Made by a program: the position numbers and the translations under genes. Shown here in pieces: positions 28,166 to 40,504 of a stretch of DNA of 64,000 nucleotides. A model generated the notes under the pieces. That model was given only the letters and a program-made list of their open reading frames with translations. It did not search any database and had not been told where the DNA came from. The stretch is from Octopus sinensis. Taxonomy: Eukaryota. Location of the stretch: assembly GCF_006345805.1 (NCBI RefSeq), contig NC_043002.1, positions 103,664,001-103,728,000 of the forward strand, in the 5' to 3' direction. Numbering within the stretch: the first letter of the stretch is position 1; each line of letters starts with the position of its first letter.

Positions 28166-28885
28166 CTGCTAGTTCCTCAACAATTACAATGGGATTTTGT
28201 TCCACCAGGATTTGCAGGTCGTCCTCGTCGAGCTCTGGAGATCTTCCAGGAGGAGGATCATATTCTAGGCTGAAGTTTCCAACTTGGATTTTCTGGAACA
28301 ACAATTAAGAACTGCTTACGCTTACTGTCCGCTACCTGTGGAGACACACGGCCTAGTGGTTAGAGCAGCGGACTCGCGGTCGAGGGATCGCGGGTTCGAA
28401 TCACAGACTTGGCGATGTGTGTGTTTATGAGCGAAACACCTAAGCTCCACGCGGCTCCCGCAGAAGGTAATGGCGAAACTTCTGCTGACTCTTTCGCCAC
28501 AACTTTTTCTCACTCTTTCCTCCTGGACCTTGAGCTCACCTGCGACCGACCGGCATCCCGTCCAGGTGGGGACCTATACGGCAAGAAACAGGAAACCGGA
28601 CCTTACGAGCCAGGCATGGCTTGAGAAGAAACAAACTGTCCGATCCCCATATACTGCATTAATATTCCTCGCGCTTTCCATTACGTTTTTGCCTTTACTG
28701 AACTCATTTGTCACTTCCATTATAGCTTTGAAAAATTAACTGTTAATATCGTACTGCATTCTTCAAAACTTGCACTAGGAATAAAGAACAGGTAAAAATT
28801 ACTACCTGCTTTTATAGGTAGGTGATGTATGTAGTTTATCCCGTGCATCTCCTGATTTCGGGCAATTGAAAAATCCACATCATCA
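28166..28885 (-). mobile_element. Mariner (Tc1/mariner) relic: transposase N-terminal HTH region, interrupted by a SINE
   Basis: ATG at 28720: MEVT[del]NEFSKGKNVMESARNINAVYGDRT|VSVSSS*LLFQKIQVGNFSLEYDPPPGRSPELDEDDLQILVEQNPIVIVEEL; matches the mariner motif GNFSLED..RPGR..ELDED.L..LVEQNP; upper boundary approximate. Confidence 0.85.
28332..28634 (+). mobile_element. tRNA-derived SINE (family C) with 8-bp TSD ACTGTCCG
   Basis: A-box CGGCCTAGTGG, B-box GGGTTCGAATC, AAACAAA tail; TSD at 28324-28331 and 28635-28642. Confidence 0.9.
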
Positions 28886-29566
28886 TCATCATTCCTGTTG
28901 TTGTTGTTCTTGTTTTACTTCTTAGAACTTTGGGTCGTTTCATTCTGTATTCAGAAATGAGACAATCGGGCCCCGATTCTGACCCCATTTGCTGCCTCCT
29001 CTCTTCTTCTTAAAAACAGTATATGCTTATTGCCCTAATAATGATGAACAAATAAAAATTATAACACCAGTGACGATAATAATAGCTACAACAACAGCTG
29101 CAACAATGACGACGACCACGACAATAACAACAAGAGCAACAGCAACAACAACAACAACAATATTAGCAATGAATACGATACGTAAAGCAACGTAAAAAAT
29201 AAAATACCATGGACCTTTTGTAGAACTAAAGTTAAAAATAAATATATAACAAAGTGATATAATGAAATGGTATTTTTTCTTCCGAACGAGATTGGTGTTT
29301 CACATAAACTTGTTTCTATGGTAACGATGTTGAAAAATATTAAAAAAATATGAAATAGAAAACAAAACAAAAATAGCAATGAAAATAAATAAAACTGGAA
29401 GCCAATACTTTTGAGCAGTGACTTGCATGTGTACATTAACATATGTATATCAACGTAGGCGTGTATATGCCTTTTTACGAGACCCGGCATATGTGTATGC
29501 GTTTCGCTACGTGTCTACGTGTGTATGTTAGTAGCTGTGTCCTTGTGTCTGCATATGTTTTATGCA

Positions 29567-29615
<49 letters not shown>

Positions 29616-29624
<9 letters not shown>

Positions 29625-30120
29625 TGTTTCAGCCTGTAAATAATTGCACATTTGTGCATGGATATGTGTTTGTGATCGAATATGTATAGTGCATACATGC
29701 AAAATCTGTTGTATATATGAATGTGTCTGACTGTGTATATACGCGTCAAAGTGTGTGTATATCGGATTCTATGCCGTTATGTATGAGTTCCGGAGTAAAT
29801 GCATGAGTGTGGAGGTGTGTATAGGAAAGGGATTTCATAGACGTAAGTTTCAACAAGCGATGGCATTATGTGCGTATATGTCTTTGAGTATGTGCTAGCG
29901 TATGTTCATGCTTGTGTGGATGTGCATAGGTATGTATGTGTCTGCGTGCCTGTGTTAATCTTTACGTGTATGCTTTTCAGTTTGGATGTCTGTATATATT
30001 CATGTATGTATGATTTCTCTGGCCTGTATGTAGAAATGATCATACACATGTCTATGAATGTATATATATATGTATCTAGTTATATGTTTATACATATATG
30101 GAAACATGAAATATACGGGA

Positions 30121-30185
<65 letters not shown>

Positions 30186-30769
30186 GTGTGTGTGTGTGTG
30201 TGTTATTTTATGTTTCAGCCTGTAAATAATTGCACATTTGTGCATGGATATGTGTTTGTGATCGAATATGTATAGTGCATACATGCAAAATCTGTTGTAT
30301 ATATGAATGTGTCTGACTGTGTATATACGCGTCAAAGTGTGTGTATATCGGATTCTATGCCGTTATGTATGAGTTCCGGAGTAAATGCATGAGTGTGGAG
30401 GTGTGTATAGGAAAGGGATTTCATAGACGTAAGTTTCAACAAGCGATGGCATTATGTGCGTATATGTCTTTGAGTATGTACTAGCGTATGTTCATGCTTG
30501 TGTGGATGTGCATAGGTATGTATGTGTCTGCGTGCGTGTGTTAATCTTTACGTGTATGCTTTTCAGTTTGGATGTCTGTATATATTCATGTATGTATGAT
30601 TTCTCTGGCCTGTATGTAGAAATGATCATACACATGTCTATGAATGTATATATATATATGTATCTAGTTATATGTTTATACATATATGGAAACATGAAAT
30701 ATACGGGAATGTATATATATATATATATATTATATATATATATATATATATATGTGTGTGGTGTGTGTG
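29616..30769. repeat. Tandem duplication, 586-bp unit (29616-30201 / 30202-30769)
   Basis: near-identical copies (offset 586), junctions in (GT)n. Confidence 0.9.
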
Positions 30770-31479
30770 CATGTTTATTTGTGTATGTGTGTAAGTGTCT
30801 GCCTATGTACATGCATTTGCAGGTGGCTTTTGTTTTTGCACAGTAGTGTATAACGAGTTGTAGACATAAATAGTGTGAAAATACGTGTGTGAATGTGTAC
30901 GTGTATGTGTGTACATGTATGTGTGTGAGCGTAATGTAGATAGCGGCGGAGGCGGTGATAGGAAAAAAAAAAGGTAGCTATGGTTATTAACAAATACAAT
31001 AATCCTTTCAGAAGAGTCTGTCATGCCTCGCAAACGAAGGAAAACCAACGGAAACCTGTCATTAGGAGATCGATCATTATTTTAAAGCAGAATTATGCAC
31101 ATTTATTATTAGCGAGGCCCTACTGTTGGATGGACATTATCATAATTCAATAATGGTTCCTGCTTTTTCACCCCTCTTCCCTTTTACCATTCACTCTTTC
31201 TCTCTTACCCTCTCACTCTCTCTCCTTCTCTCTCTCTCTCTCTGCCTCTCTAACGACGACTATTATTCCCTCTTCGTCATCCACTCCTCCACCTTCTATT
31301 TTCTCCTTCCTTTTCTAAACATACACTCATATTTATTTATAAACATTTTATATGAAATATATATAGCTACATACCTACATACATTTATGTATGTGTGTGC
31401 CCGCGTGTGTGCGTGTGTGTTAGAGAGCATTCAATATACAATGTCTATAACTATATGCATATTTTATATATGTATACAT

Positions 31480-31551
<72 letters not shown>

Positions 31552-33199
31552 GCATATGCCTTTCAATATTTCTCTACTACCTGTCTAATTATTGATAACT
31601 CAACATTTATGTTTACAAACGAGGAAAAAGTGTGAAATAGACAAAGCGGAATGTGTAGGCTCTATAGATATCTTAATGCGATTGAATTGTTACTGTGATT
31701 TTCACGATACCAATAATACAAACCATTGTGAAGAGAAGTAGCGTGACGTTAAGTTAGCAACTACAATAATCTCCCTGCTTTTTTTCGTTCTTTAGATTTT
31801 CATCAGCTACTCAGTGGCGAATTTCTTTCTGAGGACTTGCAGACTTTTATACCCATGTAATTCCTATCTTTTGAAACATCTTATTCTGTTCGCTAAATGT
31901 ATTTAAGTTGATGTAATCATCAGTAAAGGTGTTGCAAGTGAGATTGCTTGGGTTATTTTATGCCGTCCCCCTTTTTCCTTGGTGGGTTTAATATGGATTG
32001 CATTAGTAATGCCTGTTAAGTTCGTTTATTTTGAGCGGTAAACTGTAACATTTATGGTGTGTGCTCTGTTGGTATACTTATACGTTGTTACATAAAATTC
32101 CAAGACTGCAAACATTTGAAACACATTGTATTTGTGAAATAGCTTGAATAGTTTTAAAGTAAGTTATTTATTATTGAAAATATATTGTCCAAAATGTTCT
32201 TCAGTAGTACTCGAATTCCTCTGTAATTATTGCACCGGTTATGATGTATTTCGACTTTCTTTTACCAATCACAGAATGCCATTTTGCTGTATCAGTGAGC
32301 TATGAAGAATGTGAGTTTGAGAGACAAAACTATTAAGAGCACTGAAGGCCGACGCTACATCACGTTTGTGAAGGAGCCGTAATGGGGAAGATAGTTGCGA
32401 GTGGATGGAGAGCTAATGTTCTACAATGAATAAACTTCATATTTTACACGGTAAGATATAAATGATCCGGCGGAATAGACTTGGTTTCACTAAGGAACTA
32501 TATTCGGCAGAAAAGAGAGAGGACTACTCACATTCGCATTCATAATGGTTCAGAATTTATAGATTTAAATGCTTCATTTTTATATGACAAGAAATAAATC
32601 AGTTATGGATAACCTCCGGTCAGCGGAATATTCTGAATAACTTGTATATCGAAAAATTAAATTGAATTTCTTTTAGCAGCACATCGCGGCGGATGAAAAT
32701 CCCTGTCCCATGAGGAGCACTTTTTTTAAAGATTTTGCTCAGACCAGCCATAAATGAATGCAGGCATACTTTGATAGAATAACCAAAGTAAAAATTACTG
32801 TTCAAATGCTGCTAATTATGTGGGAGATTATTGCAGACGGTGGTGGTCAGGTGGATGGGTACTGTCGATGACGAAAAATAGAGCAAAATGAAATAACCAT
32901 CTCTTATACAACAGGCTGCTGTTTCGCATTTTGAAGAAATCAAGATATCGTGTCAAACGCTCAGTTGGTAAATATTTTGACAACTCTGGAAGGGTAGAAC
33001 TTCTCATTTTCCTATTTTTATTATAAGAATGTTTTCTATGACCAGTAATAGAATTTCTTTTATTAATTTTTAGAAACGTCTCCGCCTGAAAGCGCCCTCT
33101 ATTGTATTTTCGCATTCCAATTTTCTCTGTGACATAAATCTTGCAAATATTATTATTATTATTAATAATAATTATTATTAATTAATATTAATGATATTA

Positions 33200-33390
33200 G
33201 GGCAGGGAGCCGGCAGATGCGATCTAGCGCCGGAAAAAATGATTTGTACAATTTCTTCCGGCTTTCTATTTTCTGGATTCAAATACCCAAGTGATGGACT
33301 TCGCTTTTAACGCTTCGGTGTCAATGAAATAACGACAACTTAAGCGGTCAACTAGGTGCCTCTCCAAAGTCAGAGTATTTGCACCTATAA
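33200..33390 (+). mobile_element. Decayed SINE family D
   Basis: GGCAGGGAGCCGGCAGA...ATTTCTTCCGGCTTT...GGATTCAAAT. Confidence 0.5.
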
Positions 33391-33404
33391 TAGAAGAGAT
33401 GAAT

Positions 33405-33423
33405 ATCATTTTCATTATTATTA

Positions 33424-33491
<68 letters not shown>

Positions 33492-33546
33492 GTTATTGTT
33501 ATTGTTATTATTATTATTATTATCTTTATTATTATTATTATTAATA

Positions 33547-33607
<61 letters not shown>

Positions 33608-33764
33608 TATTATTAGTATTATTTAGTAGTTGTATTTTTATATCGTGCATTCACTTCACTACCGAACGCAGCTCTGTGTACCTTGGGTACGTACCGTTAT
33701 TTGTTGTGATGCTCTGATGGTTACTGTACTGAATGTGTTTTGCTTATCATTATTATTATTATTA

Positions 33765-33807
<43 letters not shown>

Positions 33808-33821
33808 CATCATCATCATCG

Positions 33822-33852
<31 letters not shown>

Positions 33853-33860
33853 TATTATTT
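33405..33860. repeat. (TTA)n/(TCA)n microsatellite tracts
   Basis: direct reading. Confidence 0.9.
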
Positions 33861-33870
33861 CTAAGTCGAT

Positions 33871-34075
33871 TGCAGAACCGTTAGCTCTCACGCGGCATAT
33901 TACTTAACGGCATTTTGTCATCTTTTAGTCCTGGGTTCAAATTCTCCCGCGCCTAACTTTGCCTATCATCAGACGGAGAGCGATAAAATAAGTACTAGCT
34001 GAGCACTGGAGTCGATGTAATCAAATTGTCCCCTACAACCAAACTTGCTGGTCTTCTGCTAAAATTGGAAATCAA
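33871..34075 (+). mobile_element. Decayed SINE family D
   Basis: GCAGAACCGTTAGC...GGGTTCAAATT...GATAAAATAAGTAC...GTCGATGTAATC. Confidence 0.65.
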
Positions 34076-34346
34076 GAAAGGCGGTGTGCTTTCAGGTTCG
34101 TTAGTTTTCCGGACAAAATACTTGCCGGCATTCCATCCGTCTTTACATTCTGAGTGATTTTGATTTTCGTGACTCAAAGCTAACGCTCCATTGAAATGAT
34201 GCGGTTGACTTAATTGACCAATTTTTTCAGTGAAATTCCTGTTCTGCAGACGCCCTATAACGTAATTTTTGTTCTCTTTACAATCGGCCTTGAAATTCCG
34301 CTGCATAAATATTTCACACTTCTATATTTAAGAGATTATAAATTTT

Positions 34347-34618
34347 GCCCGTAGTGGCATAGTGGTTAAGAGCGGGGGCTACTAACCCCAAGATTCCGAC
34401 TTCGATTCAAGGCAGTGACCTGAATAAAAATAATAACAACAACAACAACAACAATAACAATAATAATAATAATAATAATAAAATAATAATAATAACAACA
34501 ACATAAAAAGGACAACAACAACCTGATGAACGCTGGAGAGTATATCAGCAGAAACGTTGTGTTAACAACAAACAAATATCTATCAAATGTAAATAATGTA
34601 AATAATGTAAATAATATG
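34347..34618 (+). mobile_element. tRNA-like head + (AAC/AAT)n + hammerhead motif + (GTAAATAAT)3 tail: candidate hammerhead SINE
   Basis: A-box TGGCATAGTGG, anticodon-like arm GGGG-CTACTAA-CCCC, B-box-like ACTTCGATTC (34347-34420); hammerhead at 34518-34563; that these form one element is inferred. Confidence 0.6.
34518..34563 (+). ncRNA. Minimal type-I hammerhead ribozyme motif with intact core
   Basis: CTGATGA(34523-29)-AC-GCTG-gagagtatat-CAGC-A-GAAA-CGT-T-GTGTT; AACGTT palindromic stem III; stem I imperfect in this copy. Confidence 0.6.
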
Positions 34619-35305
34619 AATAAAAATTTCCTTGTGATCTCTACGAAGTCGAGAAAATACAGAACTACTTAAACGCTCTGGGTTGGGGATGTAGTTGATG
34701 ATAATTCTTGCCAGAAATTAGCAAATCTTGTGATTAAATTACAAATATTATTACACAGCAATAATCCTGACCCACCAGAAAATTTCTTGCCTTTGTGAGG
34801 GAAGAGCAGACAAATATTTGGTTGCGATTGGAAAAGAAATCGTGTACTGGGTGACTATTCAAAGAATGATAACAAACGCCTCACCTCTTTCGCTAATCTC
34901 ACATCAACTTTTGAAAATTCCATTTATGAAAGAAGTTAAGAAGAGCGTTTCCTTTCGCCAATAAGTTGTTGAAAATTCTTTGAGTGCGACAAGGATGGTA
35001 CAAGCTCTTGAAGCTATTTTCCAGGTTAATAATCTAGGATGGAGAGAATGAACGAAGGAAAAAAGTACCTCTGTGATGCCCTTGGCATCTAGGGTCGTCC
35101 AAAATCGCTGGGATTCAATTATTTTCCCGTGGTGGTATTTGTTCTTAACAGGAAATTTTCATGTTCCAAATTTTGTTGGAGTTGAATTTTAATTTACTTA
35201 TTCATAATTAGATCACTACAATCCTTTGTATCTTAAATATTTTGCGACGTTTCGGTTATAATCATCATCATCGTGATCTTCGTTGTCATTATTATCATCA
35301 TCAAA

Positions 35306-35520
35306 TCTGGCAGAAACCATAGCACACTGGACAATCAAAGGAACATCATTAGTTACTAGACCGGACAAAATGCGCAGCGGCATTTCTTCCGGCTTTACGT
35401 TCTTCGTTCAAACTCCGTCGTGGTCTTCTTTGCCTTCCAACTTTTCGTGGTCGATAAGATAAAGTACAAACTGAGCTATCGATTTCCCTCCCAAGAAAGA
35501 ATTGTTATTATTTTCATCTG
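35306..35520 (+). mobile_element. Decayed SINE family D
   Basis: TGGCAGAAACCATAGCAC...GCGGCATTTCTTCCGGCTTTACGTTC..GTTCAAACTCCG...GGTCGATAAGATAAAGTAC. Confidence 0.65.
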
Positions 35521-35796
35521 CGGGCGTTCATTCTGTAAATATGGGGAAACCAGCATATTATATTCACGTTCTTTTATTTAATAAGTCCAACTATCACCTA
35601 CTTTGAAACAGATTTTATGACTCCAGGGTTGGGTTGAGAAATTGAATACCACCCAAGTATATGACATGATGTATTGCATTAGCCATAATGTGTAACCATT
35701 GCATTATTTTATTTGGCGATAAAGTTTTCTTCCGAAACATCGACAACACACATACAGCCACCACATTCCCGTCCGACCTCCACCTATCCGTCTCAA

Positions 35797-35880
35797 CACC
35801 ACCCATCCATGCGGCCACCACCCATCCACTGGGCCACCACCCATCTACCCGACCACCACCCATCCACCCGACTACCACAT
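35797..35880. repeat. Short degenerate tandem repeat (~17-20 bp, CCACCACCCATCCAC core, about 4 copies)
   Basis: direct reading. Confidence 0.7.
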
Positions 35881-36114
35881 TATTCCGCATAGTTAAACAA
35901 TTGCTCTATCAAAGAATGCCTACCTTCATTTATTTAAAACATGGCCAGCCTCTTTCAAAAATCGGGCCGCACAAGACAATGCTCACCTTTAGGAGATGGC
36001 TACAATAAAATAACAAAAAGAAGCGAAATAAATTTTCGTTAGGCGGGACATTGATAAACACTTGCGTGCCACAGTTTGGTGATGGGTCATGTATTTTATA
36101 TTCTGGTTAATAAG

Positions 36115-36425
36115 TTTGTTGTTGTTTGTTCCTTCTCGAGCCATGCCTGTCGCATAAGGGCCGGTTTCCCGGTTTCTTGGCGTATAGATTCCCCATCTGG
36201 ACAATACGCCGGTCCGTCGCAGGTGAGCTGCAAGATGCAGGAGGAGAGAGTGAGAGAAAGTTGTGGGGATAGCGTCAGCAGAAGTCTCGCCATTACCCTC
36301 TGCCGGAGCCGCGTGGAGCTTAGGTGTTTCACTCATAAACACACACACATCGTCCGGACTGAGATTCGAACCAGCGATCACTCGATCGCGAGTCCGCTGC
36401 TCTAACCACTATGCCATGTGCCTCC
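36115..36425 (-). mobile_element. tRNA-derived SINE family C
   Basis: reverse complement is colinear with 28332-28634 (GGCATAGTGGTTAGAGCAGCGGACTCGCG...GGTTCGAATCTCAG). Confidence 0.9.
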
Positions 36426-37231
36426 TCTGGTTAATAAGTCCTCTACTACCAAATTTATATATCTGAGAATTTGCCCAAGTAAATCCGCGCCCATGAGAAT
36501 CGAACGTCGATTCAATATGTCATTTAACAGAATTATTATTCCCACCTCTACGATGCTCACCTCCATCTTATATTCCTGTGTCCGGATTTAGCTCACACAC
36601 TGTTGCAGTTCTGCAATTTCCTCCTTTGTCCATTATTTATTGTTCAATGTGTGCTTGTAATATTTTTTATTAGTTCCACATGATTGACCGCAATGCCGAT
36701 TGTCTTGACTCGGTGAACACTGGTCAAGCATATATTTTTGGCCAACAATATTTTCATTATGTAATCATATTTTGAAAGGTTCTATTGGAATAACCATTAA
36801 AAAAGTGTCAGGCAGTGAGTAGAGACATTTGTGGCGGCGGTTGGAGGTTGAATGTAAGGTGACGTTGGTCAGACAGATGAAGAGAGCGAGGGTTTAATGA
36901 TGGGGTGGCGAGAGCGAGGCATCTACATAAAGACACTGATAAATATATAGAAGTATGGAAAGAGATCGATAAGTGGAGACGGGAGAGGAAAACAGCGCAT
37001 AGACGCAATACACTTACATACCTCTATACCTGTAACTACCTCTCAGCCTAGCCTCATAAATACACACCTATCTATACCGATATAAGCTTACATTAAAATC
37101 ATACGTACATGCATGCATGCATGTATATGTGTGCGCGTGTGTGTGTTGTATTTGTGTGTGTGCATGTGTGTATGTGTGTGCGCGTGTGTGTGTGCATACA
37201 TGCACATATATGTGTTTGTGTGTGTTTGTGT

Positions 37232-37262
<31 letters not shown>

Positions 37263-37408
37263 AATACGTAACTGGGGGTATTAGTATGTATGTGCATATA
37301 TATATGTATGCATTATATATATATAGATATATATGTGTGTGTGTGTGTATGTGTGTGCGCGTGTGTGTGTGCATACATGCACATATATGTGTTTGTGTGT
37401 GTTTGTGT

Positions 37409-37442
<34 letters not shown>

Positions 37443-37596
37443 ATGCACACAAATATATATGCATGCATATATATATATATACATATATATGTATTAATTA
37501 TATATATAGACACATATATACGTATATATATATGCACACAAATATATATGCATGCATATATATATATATATATATATACATAAACATACACATATA

Positions 37597-37648
<52 letters not shown>

Positions 37649-38366
37649 TATATATACGACTTACCAACACATGTGTGTGTTGGAGACGGAGACGGGAGAT
37701 GGAGTGAGCGGGAGATAAATGAAGTTGTAAATGAAAAACTAAAGAGAGAAGAGTGTGTGTGTGTGTGTGTGTATGTGTGTATGTGTGTGTGTGTGTCTGT
37801 ATGTGTGTGTGCGTGTGTGTGATTAAGGCATTAAATAAAATTGATCGAAATTGTTTACTGTTTCATGTTACTCTGATCAGTCTAGCGATCCGTTTGGCAC
37901 ATTGACCTCGGAGGTCATCGCAGTTAAAGTCAGCAACGATTTCTGAAGATACTAATATTGGTGCAACTAATAAAACTGGTGATGTTAATGATACAAACAG
38001 CAACAACAACAAAACAAAAACACGGGGACAACAGCTGAACAACAGCAAGAACATCAACAGCAGCAGCAGGGGCAACAGCACCGGCAGTAGCAGTAGTATA
38101 GTAGTAGTAGTAGTAGTAGTAATGGTGGTGGTGTAGGTGGTTTTAGTAGTAGTAGTAGTAGTAGTAGAAGTAGTAGTAGTGATGAAAATACCATCTTCAA
38201 TAAGAAGAAGAACAGGAACAACAACGCAAACAACACAAACAACAATAATAATAATGATTGCAAATTTTGGCAGAAGGCGAGCAGGATGGGTGAGGGGGGG
38301 CGATATGTGAATTACATGGAGGAGGTAAAGGCATGACAGGTAAAGTCAAGCTCAGAAACTAAAGAG

Positions 38367-38486
38367 ATATGGTTGTGATGCATGTGCCCGGTGCACCCTT
38401 ATCAGTCGGGTCGCCATGATGGGTATGCTGGGCTTCATATATTTTACCCCAGTGTCATTTTGATGGCATGCACTGCTCTCGCACTG
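38367..38486 (+). mobile_element. 3' fragment of the ~560-bp (AAT)n family
   Basis: matches 39095-39213; followed by (AAT)n. Confidence 0.85.
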
Positions 38487-38499
38487 AATAATAATAATA

Positions 38500-38547
<48 letters not shown>

Positions 38548-38657
38548 TAATAATAATAATAGTAATAATAATAATAATAATAATAATATAATAATAATAA
38601 TAATATAATAATAATAATACTAATAATAATAATATAATAATAATAATATAATAATAA

Positions 38658-39213
38658 ATGCCCTGATGCAGTACCAGGCAGTGGCTCTCATGGCTTCTGA
38701 TCTTAACTGATTGGAAGTGTTATGATGTACATTGTTTTGTCTTGGTATAAAAGATGGGCTACAGCAAATATTCTGCTCAATACCACACATTTGCTTGTCA
38801 GTTGTTTGACCTTAACCAGTTGAGCATGTCCCTTAGTGGCTGACGTTATGTGCATCTCAGATCACGAGCAGAAGTAGTGGGGGAGCATCATAGCCATGTG
38901 TTGAGAAGGATTCTTTGGGGTTTGAATAATTCACCTCTGGAAACATGGGTGTTTCGTTCAACGTCCTTAAACAACCCTTATTCAGGGACCTTTTGAGCGG
39001 GATGGGTTACTCGATCTGAAGAAAATTCTAACTGGGCTCCACCTGCAAGGTCATGTGCTGTTTATCTTGATATGAGATCACCATGTCGCGCACATATGGT
39101 TGTGATGCATGTGCCTGGTGTACCCTTATCAGACGGGTAGTCATGAAGGGTATACTGGGCTTCGTATATTTTACCCCAGTGTCACTTTGATGGCATGCTC
39201 TGCTCGCTCACTC
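38658..39213 (+). mobile_element. Apparently full-length copy of the ~560-bp (AAT)n family
   Basis: ATGCCCTGATGCAGTACC...GCTCGCTCACTC between two (AAT)n tracts; colinear with 1088-1888. Confidence 0.85.
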
Positions 39214-39269
39214 AATAATAATAACAATAATAATAATAATAATAATAATAATGATGATAATGATTATGA

Positions 39270-39722
39270 TAAAGTGCTCTGGGACTTTGATTTCCAGATA
39301 GATAATGTGTTAGAGCTCCAATGGTCGGATACAGTAACCTTTTAGAAGGACAAACAAAAGTGCCAAATAATCGACGTAGAAGTGCCAGGAGAGCAAAACA
39401 ACATCATAAACGAAAGAGAAAAGTGGAGTTCGCTAAGATGTGGCAGCTACGAGGGTTGAACATAAAGGTTATCCCTCTTTTCATCGGAGCATCGGTTTCA
39501 ATACCGCACAATCTGGAAAAAAAACAATGGAAAACCTCAGAGATACCCTACAAATTAGATGTATTGCAAAAGTCAGCATTACTTGGAACTCCAAGCATAT
39601 TGTATAAAGTACTGTCTGTCTGAGGTCCTTGCGTTTTGACAAACAGTACTAACCCTCTGTATACACAATATATCTACAATCAACAACCTCACGATATTGT
39701 ATAACGTCCGAGGTTTTTGCAG
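39270..39722 (+). mobile_element. R4/Dong LINE 3' end (RLE + UTR)
   Basis: KVLWDFDFQIDNVLE..SDTV..KCQIIDVEVPGE..EREK/..VIPLFIGAS..LQKSALLGTPSILYKVLSV*. Confidence 0.85.
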
Positions 39723-39754
39723 TAATAATGATAATATTAATAGCAGTTCTGGTA

Positions 39755-40258
39755 GTTATTTACAGTTGCGTGGTGTTGAAGTGGAATATGAGTAAATAGG
39801 GAAGATTGACAGGAAAATTCGAAAGCTGCTGACTTTCAATGACATGCAAGGCAGACACAGATCGTCTTCACCACCCAAGTCCCAAGGACGTCGAAGCTTG
39901 ATCCAATCTGAAATCTACAAAACCACCACAACTGGACAGGCAAAATATCTTGAAAAATCTAAACACTGTATGCTAAATCTCGTTGAAAATCATGAATGAC
40001 GTAAGAAGCGTTATTCTGTCATGAAGGAGAGCAGAGAATTTTATGTGAGTCCTGGGAAGAGTGAGTAAAAGACTTGAGAAGTACAGGAAAGAAATAAGGG
40101 TTGCAATAAGTGTGGAGCCCTTGTAGAGGACTACACTGCTTGAAACCGCTCGAATATTCCGGAAGGTGCTCGAAAAATAAGGGGTTTTACCTTAGTTTAC
40201 TGGTAGTGAACAGCTGACACCGTTGTACATCTCCAGCGTTAGAAGCTGAGCACCGACA
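39755..40258 (+). mobile_element. R4/Dong LINE pieces (post-RT region 39755-40050; C-terminus + UTR + (AAT)n 40080-40275)
   Basis: KIDRKIRKLLTF..KADTDRL..GRRSLIQ..KTTTTGQAKYLE..MLNLVENHE; TLLETARIFRKVLEK*. Confidence 0.75.
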
Positions 40259-40293
40259 ATAATAATAATAATAATGATAACATATATATATAT

Positions 40294-40332
<39 letters not shown>

Positions 40333-40504
40333 TGTGTGTTTGTGTGTGTCTGTATAGATAAATAAATATATGCAAGAAGAAAATGGAGCAAAAATAACAG
40401 GAAGGAGCTGGTTGTTTGCGCTAGGAAGCCATTAATGTAATCGATATCTATAGAGCATAAATGCGAAAAGTTTGTCTCATTTTGCGATTGGAACAGGATA
40501 TTTT

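Noticed and set aside
31900-32420. Minus-strand CNNYRGI, suggesting an RTE reverse transcriptase relic
   Set aside because: Only one short motif is convincing and boundaries cannot be set by eye; the same applies to 42600-43400 and 60672-60960.
34680-35000. Possible ancient mariner relic (LQILLHSNNP, LVAIGK, ERFL)
   Set aside because: Too degenerate to support without a profile search.
37863-38263. Ser/Asn/Gln-rich open frames
   Set aside because: Derived from (CAA)/(CAG)/(TAG)n low-complexity sequence.
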